A DNA stretch of 64,000 bases, taken from sequence record OZ209057.1, one strand, 5' to 3'. This DNA comes from Escherichia phage T4. Position numbers and translations under genes: made by a program. Every line of letters begins with the position of its first letter. Position 1 is the first letter of the stretch. The notes under the pieces are model-generated. The model saw only the letters and a list, made by a program, of their open reading frames with translations. It did no database searches and had not been told where the DNA came from. Shown one piece after another: positions 20,098-29,489 of this stretch.

Positions 20098-20355
20098 TTA
20101 TTTTAAAATTTCTGCGTAATCACATGTTACAAACTGTTTCTCTAACTTGACGATTTTACGAAAGTATCTTTTGCATTGGCGAATCTGCCTCTTCGTAGGG
20201 CGAACAGCAAACTTAATAAATTCCACTCGACCAAATGGAGGGCTTTCTTCTGCTGGAATATCTAACACCAATTCCCACGTATCTGCAATAAGTGCTTTGA
20301 ATTGCGTATTTTTCCTGACGTTATACGGAGTAGGTTTAAATAAAACAATATGCAT
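20098..20355 (-). CDS. tifA: 61.4-position protein, probably TifA (ToxN inhibitor) as I recall the T4 literature
   Basis: 85 aa from ATG at 20355 with GAGGA Shine-Dalgarno; basic protein next to dmd. Confidence 0.55.
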   Translation of the reverse strand: MHIVLFKPTPYNVRKNTQFKALIADTWELVLDIPAEESPPFGRVEFIKFAVRPTKRQIRQCKRYFRKIVKLEKQFVTCDYAEILK

Positions 20356-20356
20356 A

Positions 20357-20539
20357 TTATCCTCGGCAATCCACTTCACATACTTTCTTGTCATCAATGA
20401 AAGCTTTAACTAATGCTTTATTAACTTCAGCATATTGAGTAGTAGCCCATTGAACGTCATCTTTCATCATTGTGATTTCTTTAGTAAACATGCTTTCATT
20501 CTTAAACCACCCCATAAAAACTACCTTTACCAATTCCAT
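20357..20539 (-). CDS. dmd: Dmd antitoxin (discriminator of mRNA degradation; inhibits RnlA/LsoA)
   Basis: 60 aa MELVKVVFMGWFKNESMF...; matches T4 Dmd as recalled. Confidence 0.88.
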   Translation of the reverse strand: MELVKVVFMGWFKNESMFTKEITMMKDDVQWATTQYAEVNKALVKAFIDDKKVCEVDCRG

Positions 20540-20568
20540 AACAATCTCCTCATTTAACCGACAAGACT

Positions 20569-20598
20569 ACTATACCATAGTCTTGTCAGCTTGTAAAC
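20569..20598 (-). promoter_or_regulatory. early-type promoter GTTTAC-N18-TATAGT
   Basis: plus strand actata 20569..20574, gtaaac 20593..20598. Confidence 0.55.
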
Positions 20599-22025
20599 TA
20601 AAATTTTAATTCATTCGCCAAAGCATCTAACTGAGCTCGAGTCGATTCATTTCTTTGATAGCGATTCTGCTCAGCCTGAATCTGTTGTGAACCTGCTACT
20701 TCGTTCACTTCAGTTGGAGTAGAATCTTGTTCAATTTCTACCCATTTTTGATTTCCTTTTTGAACACCCATCAAAAACTTATTCCACTTATTCTTATCAC
20801 CATATCGTGATTTGATTTGCTTAATGAGTTGTTGTTCAGCAGCTGCTAGCTCCTCGGTTTCAATGACCGCAAGCATAAAATCGGCTGTTGCTGGAAGACC
20901 GGCAGATTCTGCAATATCGCTCATGTTAACATCGGAAGAGTCCCAAGCTTGTTTACCAACCTGTGCTGCAGTCCAAAGAACAGTTTCGGTTTCAACAGCC
21001 AGAGCACGTAATTCCTCTGCAATAGCTTTAACAGTTGTGTAACTATTTTCTGAATAAACTCTAATGCGGCAAGATTTACAAATACCTAGATAGTCGACAA
21101 TAATGATTGTTGGAACAAAATTCTTCTTGAGCTTCAATTCGTTTAAAAGTGATCGAAATGTATTAGCGTCTGCTCCACCAGTAGGATACTGTTTAACGAT
21201 TAAACGACCAAGAGTAGATTTCTCACGCCATTTTTCCATTTTTCCTTTATACTCAGCGTAAGAAATATGCCCATCATCAATGTCATCAAGAGAAACATCA
21301 AGCATATTAGCGTCAATACGTTTAGCACAGACTTCTTCTGCCATTTCCATGGAAATGTAAAGAACATTATGTCCGAGCTGTAAATAATCTGCCGCTAATG
21401 AACACAATCCTAATGATTTACCAACGTTAACGCCAGCCATTAAAACGTTCAGTGTTCCAGTTTCAGCTCCGCCTTTCGTAATTTTGTTCAGAATTCTGAG
21501 TTTAAATGGAACCTTACGAGCTTTATTCATATAAGATAGCCAACGTGCTTCGTAGTCATCCATCCAATCATGACCAACGTAACTATCAAATGAAATTGAT
21601 AATGCCTGGCGCATGATGTCAGGAATAGCACCAACATCCGGCATTTTCTTATTTCGTTTTTCCGGAGGAAGCTCAGCATTAGTTTGAATTTCGATTATTT
21701 TAGACGTAGCATTAAACATCGCCCTTTGCTGAACATATTTTTCTGTTTCTTTTACTAACCAGCTGTGGTCTTCCGGAGAATCAGCCAGTTTTGAAATAAG
21801 TGTTTTTACACCAGAATATTCTGTTTCAGTAAATGAACTATTTTCTAATGCAACATTTAACGCATTAATAGATGGAACGCTATGGTACTCATTAACATGA
21901 GATTTAATTAATTTGAATGTATTTTTAGCTGGACCACTTTCAAAATATTCTGAATCCATATATGGCCAAACTTTTGAAAAATAAGCTTGATCAAATATGA
22001 GATGAGAAAGAATAATTTCTACCAC
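20598..22025 (-). CDS. 41: replicative DNA helicase gp41 (DnaB-like)
   Basis: 475 aa; Walker A GVNVGKS; length matches. Confidence 0.92.
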   Translation of the reverse strand: MVEIILSHLIFDQAYFSKVWPYMDSEYFESGPAKNTFKLIKSHVNEYHSVPSINALNVALENSSFTETEYSGVKTLISKLADSPEDHSWLVKETEKYVQQRAMFNATSKIIEIQTNAELPPEKRNKKMPDVGAIPDIMRQALSISFDSYVGHDWMDDYEARWLSYMNKARKVPFKLRILNKITKGGAETGTLNVLMAGVNVGKSLGLCSLAADYLQLGHNVLYISMEMAEEVCAKRIDANMLDVSLDDIDDGHISYAEYKGKMEKWREKSTLGRLIVKQYPTGGADANTFRSLLNELKLKKNFVPTIIIVDYLGICKSCRIRVYSENSYTTVKAIAEELRALAVETETVLWTAAQVGKQAWDSSDVNMSDIAESAGLPATADFMLAVIETEELAAAEQQLIKQIKSRYGDKNKWNKFLMGVQKGNQKWVEIEQDSTPTEVNEVAGSQQIQAEQNRYQRNESTRAQLDALANELKF

Positions 22026-22034
22026 ACTTACTCC

Positions 22035-22397
22035 TTAAAAGAATTTAAATTTTTTCTTTGACCTTTTATTAAATGCATCTTGCAGTTGCATTGTAATACA
22101 TTTTTCTACATGAGGAGCTAACTCAGCTTTTCTTTCTTGGTCAAGAACAGCAAAGTCCATTACAACCTTTCCATCAACCCAATCCAGTTTAGTTACATAC
22201 ACTATATGCGTAGAACCATCTTCTAGTTTAATGACAATCTCCTGGATAACATTTTCCATAGCAGATTTAATTATCTTAAGAGACTCATTAAAAAGACGTT
22301 CTTTTCTTTCTTCTTCCCCCTCCGAAGAGGGGGATTCATCGATAATTTCTAGATCTAAATCTAAATCATCTTTATTCATTAAATTCTTCCATATCAC
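22035..22397 (-). CDS. 40: gp40 head-assembly membrane-associated protein
   Basis: 120 aa ORF between uvsX and 41. Confidence 0.65.
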   Translation of the reverse strand: MIWKNLMNKDDLDLDLEIIDESPSSEGEEERKERLFNESLKIIKSAMENVIQEIVIKLEDGSTHIVYVTKLDWVDGKVVMDFAVLDQERKAELAPHVEKCITMQLQDAFNKRSKKKFKFF

Positions 22398-23547
22398 TTA
22401 GCTGTTCGAGGTCAGTTTCTAAATCAGCAGCTGATTTACTTTTACTTTCTGGAGATTTAAATTTTTCAACCTTTGAGTTAATCAATTCATCAACTTCAGC
22501 TTCAACAATTTCATTACTATCAATAGCACCTAACTGATAAGCACGTTTAATAGCATCTCGGAATGGTTGATGCTTAAATAAAGGACCCCAGAATGTAGTG
22601 CAGTTGGTATCTTTTGCACGCCAAGATTTTTCTTCGCGAATCATCTCGCCAGTTTCTTCGTCAAGAAATTCACGAGCATACCAGCCATTTTTAGGTTTTA
22701 CCACGAATCCTAATTCTAGAGCCATATCTAACAATCCAGAATAAGGATCGATACCACCGTCAAATTTAACATCAATAAAGAATTTACTTTTTTCTTTAAC
22801 GGTACGAGATTTTTCTACATTTAGAACAAATTGATACCCCTGAAGATCAGAACCATCTTTAATCTGGCGTTTACCGATAATGAATACGGTATCAGCCGAA
22901 TACATCGGTCCAGTACCACCTCCCATAACTGTTTTACTAAACATTTCTTGTGTTTCGTATGTATGGTTAATAGCAATACATGGAATATTTTTAGTACTAA
23001 AATAGGGAGTTACGATACGAAATAAGCTTTTCATTGTTTTAGCTCTAGTCATATCACTAACAACTTTTTCATTTAAAGCATCTTCAGTTTCTTTCTTAGA
23101 AGCTAAGTTACCAAGTGAATCGATAAAAACGACTACCTTTTCGCCGCGTTCAATTGCATCCAATTGATTAACCATGTCAATACGTAATTGCTCAAGTGAT
23201 TGAACCGGAGTATGAATTACTCGTTCTGGATCGACTCCCATAGACCGCAAATAAGCAGGAGTAATACCAAATTCACTATCATAAAACAAACATACTGCAT
23301 CAGGATATTGACGCATGTAAGATGACACCATTGTTAATCCAAAGTTTGATTTAAATGATTTTGATGGACCTGCCAAAATTAACAGACCAGATTGCATACC
23401 ACCAGTAATTTCACCAGAAAGTGCAATATTCATCATAGGAATTTTTGTTCGAACTACATCTTTTTCATTAAAGAATTTAGATGCTGTTAATTCTGCAGTC
23501 AATTTAGAAGTAGAAGCTTTAATCAAACGAGATTTTAAATCAGACAT
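22372..23547 (-). CDS. uvsX: UvsX RecA-like recombinase
   Basis: 391 aa; Walker A GPSKSFKS; length matches. Confidence 0.92.
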   Translation of the reverse strand: MSDLKSRLIKASTSKLTAELTASKFFNEKDVVRTKIPMMNIALSGEITGGMQSGLLILAGPSKSFKSNFGLTMVSSYMRQYPDAVCLFYDSEFGITPAYLRSMGVDPERVIHTPVQSLEQLRIDMVNQLDAIERGEKVVVFIDSLGNLASKKETEDALNEKVVSDMTRAKTMKSLFRIVTPYFSTKNIPCIAINHTYETQEMFSKTVMGGGTGPMYSADTVFIIGKRQIKDGSDLQGYQFVLNVEKSRTVKEKSKFFIDVKFDGGIDPYSGLLDMALELGFVVKPKNGWYAREFLDEETGEMIREEKSWRAKDTNCTTFWGPLFKHQPFRDAIKRAYQLGAIDSNEIVEAEVDELINSKVEKFKSPESKSKSAADLETDLEQLSDMEEFNE

Positions 23548-23555
23548 ATAATACC

Positions 23556-24221
23556 TTATAGTAGTGTTCTTGTTCCACGAAATACTTCGAGCATTCTTGC
23601 ATAAGATTTATTTGGAAATCCAGCTTCAATTGCTAATTTTTTAAGCTTAATAGCACCGGGTTTTCCAGAGTTTTCCCATATTTCTTTAATCTTTTCAATG
23701 TTATCCCACATTATTGGGTCACGTTTATGTGATGGTTTATTTCTATTATAACCATATGGATTATTAAGCAAAGCTTCTTTTCGTTTTGCTTTAGTTTCTT
23801 CTGACTGCTTTTTGCCTAGCTGGGCTTTCCGGCAAACATCACTAAATCCAAGATGTTTTGGTTTTCCTTTTTGAGCTTTTGAAATTTTTTCTTTGGTTTC
23901 TGATGAAACTCTATAACCAATTCTTCTACCACCCTCTCCACCAATTTTTAAATTATAAGTCATAGGATCATTTACCACATCTATTGTTACTAATTCTCTT
24001 TCAGCATCACGGGCTGATTTAAAATCTTTATAAAACCCAAGAATGCTTAAATTAAAATTTTTCTTACCATACTTTTTCTTGGCTTGTGCTAATAAAGTTC
24101 CTGATCCCATATAACCATCATTTAAATCATCGGTTGAATGAGTTCCATAGTAAATTTTATTATTAACTAAATTAGTTATAACATAAGTATAATTATATTT
24201 CTTTTCTTTATGTCTTTTCAT
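23556..24221 (-). CDS. segA: GIY-YIG homing endonuclease SegA
   Basis: 221 aa from ATG at 24221; YTYVITNLVNNKIYYGTH ... YMGSG motifs. Confidence 0.85.
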   Translation of the reverse strand: MKRHKEKKYNYTYVITNLVNNKIYYGTHSTDDLNDGYMGSGTLLAQAKKKYGKKNFNLSILGFYKDFKSARDAERELVTIDVVNDPMTYNLKIGGEGGRRIGYRVSSETKEKISKAQKGKPKHLGFSDVCRKAQLGKKQSEETKAKRKEALLNNPYGYNRNKPSHKRDPIMWDNIEKIKEIWENSGKPGAIKLKKLAIEAGFPNKSYARMLEVFRGTRTLL

Positions 24222-24385
24222 GTCATTAATCAACTGCTATTCGATGAACTTCTCTCTTTTCTAATCAATATAACAAAAGAAGTCCCAAAAAGCAAACAGA
24301 CCTAAACCGATAATAAGCAATAAAGGTCCTAACATTTATTCCACCGGTTAAAGATAAATAACTTTCTAATAATAGTTCATAATTT

Positions 24386-24603
24386 TTATAAATCAATAGC
24401 TTTTTTGAACGCATCTTGCCATTCGGCTAATCATTAACATCTACTTCATCAAAAGATTTAGTGTAAACACCATTTTTAAGAGAAATAATGTCGACATTAA
24501 GACCCATTTCAGAAATAACTTTAAAAAGATAAATAGTTTCAGAAGATGGAACAGTTTTAAAATTAATAACATTATTACCCATATTAATTATAGCAATTTT
24601 CAT
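24386..24603 (-). pseudogene. bgt: beta-glucosyltransferase remnant: 58 N-terminal codons then TAG, joined out of frame to the last 13 codons (AEWQDAFKKAIDL)
   Basis: hand translation from ATG 24603 gives MKIAIINMGNNVINFKTVPSSETIYLFKVISEMGLNVDIISLKNGVYTKSFDEVDVND*; stop at 24427..24429; C-terminal codons present in a shifted frame. Confidence 0.8.
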
Positions 24604-24626
24604 ATTATTCCTTTTATGTTAAACGA

Positions 24627-25367
24627 TTAAGCGTATTTTCCTACATAATCTTTTTTCGAAATATGTGTTTCGCCAGTTTTCCACCAATGATCAACCAAAT
24701 AAAAATGACGAGAATACACATGTAGGCTTCCAACATTCCATATAATGGAACCTGCTTTATACTGGCGAGTTGAATCACCTGCATTCAAATCAGATACTAA
24801 TTTATCTAATACGTATTTTTGCCATGCATAATCATTACGGAATCCGAAGACCACGTCATTTGAGCGCATGTTAACAACCGCATTGATTTTCTTGTCACGA
24901 ATCAGGTATTGTACTGTATTCGTGCACATGAAATCTGACATACCATCTTTATTATAGTCAAACTGCATAGATGGACGAGTATAAATCATGATACCACGTC
25001 GAGAATCAGGATTTTGACCAAGTTCAGCTAAACACATGTCATACTGAGCATAGTTATCTTCTGACCAGATAGCCCAACCATAATTCGAGTTAATTTCACC
25101 TTTAGAAGATGCTACTTGTTGCCAAATCTTCGGTGTTTCACCCGGAATATCTTTAACGAACAAGCTTTTAGATTTATACCATTCAAGTTCACGCTGAATG
25201 TATTCATCATTAAGAGCGCCAAAAATAAACGGTTCATCTGCTACAAATGATGCGCCAATAATTTCAATAGTTTTAACACCTGTTTTATCAACTACGAAAT
25301 CTTTTTCTTTTAATGCAAGCCCCAAATGAAGACGGATTTCTTCAACTGTCATAGAGTCACTAATCAT
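24627..25367 (-). CDS. 42: dCMP hydroxymethylase gp42
   Basis: 246 aa; thymidylate-synthase-like fold protein; length matches. Confidence 0.9.
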   Translation of the reverse strand: MISDSMTVEEIRLHLGLALKEKDFVVDKTGVKTIEIIGASFVADEPFIFGALNDEYIQRELEWYKSKSLFVKDIPGETPKIWQQVASSKGEINSNYGWAIWSEDNYAQYDMCLAELGQNPDSRRGIMIYTRPSMQFDYNKDGMSDFMCTNTVQYLIRDKKINAVVNMRSNDVVFGFRNDYAWQKYVLDKLVSDLNAGDSTRQYKAGSIIWNVGSLHVYSRHFYLVDHWWKTGETHISKKDYVGKYA

Positions 25368-25374
25368 TTAAACC

Positions 25375-25524
25375 TCAATTGATACATTCATATTTAACTT
25401 GTAACAGTAATAAACTCCAACCTAAAATAATAGTTGGAATCATAAGAGGAACCGTTACACTATAGTATATACTTATTATAATCATCAAGATTAAAAGCAA
25501 TGCTGCTATAATTTTGCTTTTCAT
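25375..25524 (-). CDS. 49-aa hydrophobic membrane micro-protein
   Basis: hand-translated MKSKIIAALLLILMIIISIYYSVTVPLMIPTIILGWSLLLLQVKYECIN; ATG overlaps imm stop (ATGA). Confidence 0.4.
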   Translation of the reverse strand: MKSKIIAALLLILMIIISIYYSVTVPLMIPTIILGWSLLLLQVKYECIN

Positions 25525-25772
25525 TCCTTCTCTCTGATGATAATTACCTGATTTGGCTGCGCAGACTTTTTAGTTTCACCTGCAATTGACCAAATAAATG
25601 TAATAAACCAACCAATAATTGACCAGTTAAACAGTAAAGATGCGAAAAAGATTCCTACTGTCGATTTTGACCCACGCATCAAGGCGATAAACCATGGAAG
25701 CATGTATATAATAATAGCCAACACGCCTGAAACTAAAACCATAAAAATTGAACCTGCTACTAAAGTTTCCAT
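25521..25772 (-). CDS. imm: Imm superinfection immunity membrane protein
   Basis: 83 aa, two TM segments; matches T4 Imm as recalled. Confidence 0.88.
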   Translation of the reverse strand: METLVAGSIFMVLVSGVLAIIIYMLPWFIALMRGSKSTVGIFFASLLFNWSIIGWFITFIWSIAGETKKSAQPNQVIIIREKE

Positions 25773-25779
25773 GTTTTCC

Positions 25780-26160
25780 TCACTTAGTCAAATTTTTTAC
25801 ACATGAATTATAAGAATTCACTACATACTCCATCGGAGCGTTTTTACCTGTACGCCACTGGTAATTATTAGCCCAATTTGCCCAAAGCTCAGCGCAGTAG
25901 TTTTCAATTTTTTCTTCGCGTGTAATTACATCTGAATTACGATATGCTTGAGCAGATTCATTTGGACGAATAGCTTCGTCAAAATTCGCCTGCATTTGTT
26001 CTACTGTCTGTTTTGGAGCTTCTTTATAACACTTGACATTAGGATTATAAAATTTGCTTGAACAGTTTACAATTTTTCCTACATCAGACTGATTTACTAC
26101 CGGTCCTTGAGCTACACAACCAGCAAGACCTAATGCAATAACCAAAATAGCGATTTTCAT
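25780..26160 (-). CDS. predicted lipoprotein (imm.1 position)
   Basis: ATG at 26160; MKIAILVIALGLAGC lipobox; GGAG Shine-Dalgarno. Confidence 0.6.
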   Translation of the reverse strand: MKIAILVIALGLAGCVAQGPVVNQSDVGKIVNCSSKFYNPNVKCYKEAPKQTVEQMQANFDEAIRPNESAQAYRNSDVITREEKIENYCAELWANWANNYQWRTGKNAPMEYVVNSYNSCVKNLTK

Positions 26161-26248
26161 TTCATTCTCCAAATCCGTATCAGTAGTTGATAGTTGTATA
26201 GTACCATGGAAGAACAGTCTTGTAAACAGTTTTGTGAAAAAATTTTTA
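26155..26248. repeat. promoter-leader repeat, copy B (about 90 bp, near-identical to 54465..54553)
   Basis: shared string ttcattctccaaatccgtatcagtagttgatagttgtatagtaccat ... cttgtaaacagttttgtgaaaaaatttt; contains early promoter atagta 26198..26203 / gtaaac 26222..26227. Confidence 0.75.
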
Positions 26249-26325
26249 GGGAATCCAAAGGGTCCAGAATCATCTCTTTTTCATAAGTATAGATTTATAT
26301 TACTTGTATGAAAAAGGGACCTGGA

Positions 26326-26341
26326 GGTCCCTAGATTTATT
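26326..26341 (-). terminator. rho-independent terminator after gene 43
   Basis: gggacc tgga ggtccc hairpin, U5 run in minus-strand transcript. Confidence 0.7.
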
Positions 26342-26344
26342 CTA

Positions 26345-29041
26345 TCAGCCAAACAGGAAGTCTAACGAAGCTTTTTCTTCATAGTCCATGCCAGCCGATT
26401 CACACATACCCGCAAGCGGTTTAACAAACGATTTTTGGAACAAAGTTGAGTGGTCAATCCAAGATAGCACATCAGAACGAATTTCTTTTGGAAGTTCTGT
26501 ACCCGATGGCCAAGCAATGCACTTGTCACCAAATGGATTTCCTTCACGTAATGGAAGAACCATTACTTTATTTCCATCCAAAATTGGAGCTACACCTAAA
26601 CCGCTAACAGCTCGACGATAAGTTAGCACACCACGAATATGGAACGGGCATTTAAATCCTGGCCAACCTTTATCATCATATTTCGCTATATCGTTCGCAG
26701 TTTTTACTTCAGCAATAACTTTATAGTCAAGTTGACGATATTCTTTCTCGAAGTTCTTGTAGTATTCTTGGACAGACTCTTCACCTTCCTGAAGAATACG
26801 ACGAATACTTTCTTCGAGAGCTTCTTGCACTGCTTTTGGTGTTGAACTCTGCTGAGTTTCCATACCCATGATTTTTAGATGCGGTTCAGCAAATCGCTTA
26901 TCTTCCATATCATAAACGTTCAGAGCATAACGCTTTTTCGCTTTCCAAAATCCACCAACGCCCTTTGAACCAAGCGGAGGGCAAGAAATAGCTTCACGGT
27001 CCATATGCATCAGATGCTCGCGGTTATTCATATAATCACATAACTCACGATATGCAACATCAATCATAGGTTCCATCTTTTTCTTACCGAACTGATTCAT
27101 GAATTCAACCAAATCGTTCTGCTCTTTGAATCGGTCAAGACCAACTTTTTCAATAACTTTATCTACGCAAACATATACCGAATCAGTATCACCTGCTGCA
27201 ATGAAATCTTCATCATTAGTTCCGCATACTTTATTCAGATATTCATTAATTTTACGAGCAATCCACTGAATACCGACTTGGCCGAAAATTGTGATAGCAG
27301 TAGCATTTCGCAAATCATAGTAACGGAAATGAATATTACCAAGAGCACCATAAAGACTGTTAATGAGAATTTTACGGTTCAGCTGATTTGTATTAGCAAG
27401 TGTAGCTGCTTTTTCACATTCTTCAATCAGACTATTGAGAACAGATTCGGTGTAATTCGATAGTTCATTTAAGAAATCATCACTGAACTTAACATATCGT
27501 TCAACTTCTGGTTTAGTTGAACAAGACCCTGCGCCTTTCATAATAATCTTTTTAATAGCTTCGGCATTCATTTCTTCAGCGAACATTTTCTTTTTCCAGT
27601 CTTTACGCTGGAAAAATACTTTAGCGATTTCCTTTGGAATGATACCTTCTTGATGTTTATCATACATCCATCCATTCGGAGAACAAGAATATTCATCACT
27701 CGGTTTAGGAGCTGTTCCTGCGATATATTCATGAATTGGATGAACTTTAAACTGACCACGAATAGTTTCAGGACTAATGTTAACCTGGCGAATAATGCTC
27801 GGATACAGAGACGTCAAGTCAAAACTCATAATGTATCGACGTGCAATTGGTTTAGGTTCAAACACAAATGCACCCGGAAAACTCTGTTTAACGTGCGAAC
27901 CTTGTTGAGGAATAACCTTATGTTCACCTTTCAATGAGTTAAAAATAATAGCATCCCAAGTTTTAATAGGACTCATTACATCAGAAAAAGGCATTTTAGC
28001 GTAATAAGACATACTTAAAACTAGATCGATAAACCCACGAATTTTATCGATTGCTTGAACTGATTCTACGTCAATGATGTTATAACTAATGTATCGTTGA
28101 TGATTAGTCTCACGAAGTTTATTAATAGGACCGTCGTATGGTAATTTACCTTTTTTGGTTTCATGTTGAGCAACTGATTCCAAAGAGAATGACGGCAAAT
28201 TAGTAAAAGCGAATTTCTTGTACAAATCTAAATAATCAAGAATAGATACGCCATCAATAGAATAAATTTCTTTGCTACCGTACATATTTTGAATTAGTTT
28301 AGATTTTACCCGACCGATTGGAGAGAAACGTTTCATACTACGTTCACCCAGAATCATTTTAACACGATTCATGATATACGGAACGTCAAACCCCTCAATA
28401 TTCCAACCAGTAAAAATAGCAGGTCGTTTCTGTTCCCAAAGATTGATATATTCCATGAGCATATCACGCTCATTATCGAATGGCATATAAATTACTCGGT
28501 CAAGAATTTCTTGAGGAACTTCATCACCACCTTCACAGTCAAGCTTAGCAGCTAACTTTGCATCCCATTTTGATACTGAACCGTACATTGAATTCAAAAG
28601 GTCGAAAACATAAAAACGATCGTCAATTGAATCGTAATGAGTGATAGCATCAATTTCATATTCTGCTTTCATTGGGTCAGGAAATTTATCACCAGTAACC
28701 TCAATGTCACAGTTAGCTACACGAACAAATTTTCGGTCATAAACAATTTCTGAACCATATGTATCACTTATATAAGCGAGTTTAAAATCGTTCATACCGA
28801 GAGCTTCGAGACCGATGTCTTCCATTCGCTTCATCCAATCTCGAGCATCTTTCATTGATGGAAATTTTTGAGGAGCGCAGTTTTTACTATAGATGTCTTT
28901 GTATTTTGACTCTTCCTTACAATGCCTAAACATAGTTGGAAGATATTCTACTTCACGGGTACGTTCCTTTCCATTTTCATCAATATAACGTTCAACAATG
29001 TTATTTCCGACTGTTTCAATAGAGATATAAAATTCTTTCAT
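26345..29041 (-). CDS. 43: DNA polymerase gp43 (family B)
   Basis: 898 aa; DLTSLYPSII (motif A), KILINSLYG (motif B), GDTDS (motif C). Confidence 0.95.
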   Translation of the reverse strand: MKEFYISIETVGNNIVERYIDENGKERTREVEYLPTMFRHCKEESKYKDIYSKNCAPQKFPSMKDARDWMKRMEDIGLEALGMNDFKLAYISDTYGSEIVYDRKFVRVANCDIEVTGDKFPDPMKAEYEIDAITHYDSIDDRFYVFDLLNSMYGSVSKWDAKLAAKLDCEGGDEVPQEILDRVIYMPFDNERDMLMEYINLWEQKRPAIFTGWNIEGFDVPYIMNRVKMILGERSMKRFSPIGRVKSKLIQNMYGSKEIYSIDGVSILDYLDLYKKFAFTNLPSFSLESVAQHETKKGKLPYDGPINKLRETNHQRYISYNIIDVESVQAIDKIRGFIDLVLSMSYYAKMPFSDVMSPIKTWDAIIFNSLKGEHKVIPQQGSHVKQSFPGAFVFEPKPIARRYIMSFDLTSLYPSIIRQVNISPETIRGQFKVHPIHEYIAGTAPKPSDEYSCSPNGWMYDKHQEGIIPKEIAKVFFQRKDWKKKMFAEEMNAEAIKKIIMKGAGSCSTKPEVERYVKFSDDFLNELSNYTESVLNSLIEECEKAATLANTNQLNRKILINSLYGALGNIHFRYYDLRNATAITIFGQVGIQWIARKINEYLNKVCGTNDEDFIAAGDTDSVYVCVDKVIEKVGLDRFKEQNDLVEFMNQFGKKKMEPMIDVAYRELCDYMNNREHLMHMDREAISCPPLGSKGVGGFWKAKKRYALNVYDMEDKRFAEPHLKIMGMETQQSSTPKAVQEALEESIRRILQEGEESVQEYYKNFEKEYRQLDYKVIAEVKTANDIAKYDDKGWPGFKCPFHIRGVLTYRRAVSGLGVAPILDGNKVMVLPLREGNPFGDKCIAWPSGTELPKEIRSDVLSWIDHSTLFQKSFVKPLAGMCESAGMDYEEKASLDFLFG

Positions 29042-29101
29042 AGATATTCCTTAGTTTATAGCCCGAGTTATTAGGCTCTTGATATATTATACTCCAAATA
29101 A

Positions 29102-29115
29102 GGGGCCGAAGCCCC
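29102..29115 (-). terminator. UUCG-tetraloop hairpin between regA and gene 43
   Basis: ggggc cgaa gcccc; followed by U-rich tract on minus strand. Confidence 0.6.
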
Positions 29116-29119
29116 TTGC

Positions 29120-29488
29120 TTAATTACCAATCGTATATTTAGGAACGAGCTTCCATTCATGTTTTTGTTTAAAAGAAATAACTCGGAAGTTATTAGTTAA
29201 ATCTTTCATAAAAGTTCTTTGACCAGGAACGATTTCAATTAGTCCCCAATCTTCTAATAGCCATGCAATCGAATCACGACGAACTTCATCTTCTTCTGTC
29301 ATTTCAACTTGACGACCATCCATACGAAGCATTTCTTTAAAATGAACGATATAGTATAGTCCTTTTTTCTGAAGAATATGACAGGACTGATATAGAACTT
29401 TATCTTTATTATTAGCAATTCCCATACGAGTCAAAGTTTCTTTTACTTTCAGAAAATCTTCAGGTTTTTTAAGAGTAATTTCAATCAT
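29120..29488 (-). CDS. regA: RegA translational repressor
   Basis: 122 aa; length and synteny (downstream of gene 62). Confidence 0.85.
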   Translation of the reverse strand: MIEITLKKPEDFLKVKETLTRMGIANNKDKVLYQSCHILQKKGLYYIVHFKEMLRMDGRQVEMTEEDEVRRDSIAWLLEDWGLIEIVPGQRTFMKDLTNNFRVISFKQKHEWKLVPKYTIGN

Positions 29489-29489
29489 T

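Noticed and set aside
26362-26547. Minus-strand 61-aa ORF inside gene 43, and similar embedded minus-strand ORFs (7399..7590, 33641..33904, 35733..35954, 54934..55128)
   Set aside because: Nested in other frames of strongly supported genes with no start context; treated as frame artefacts.
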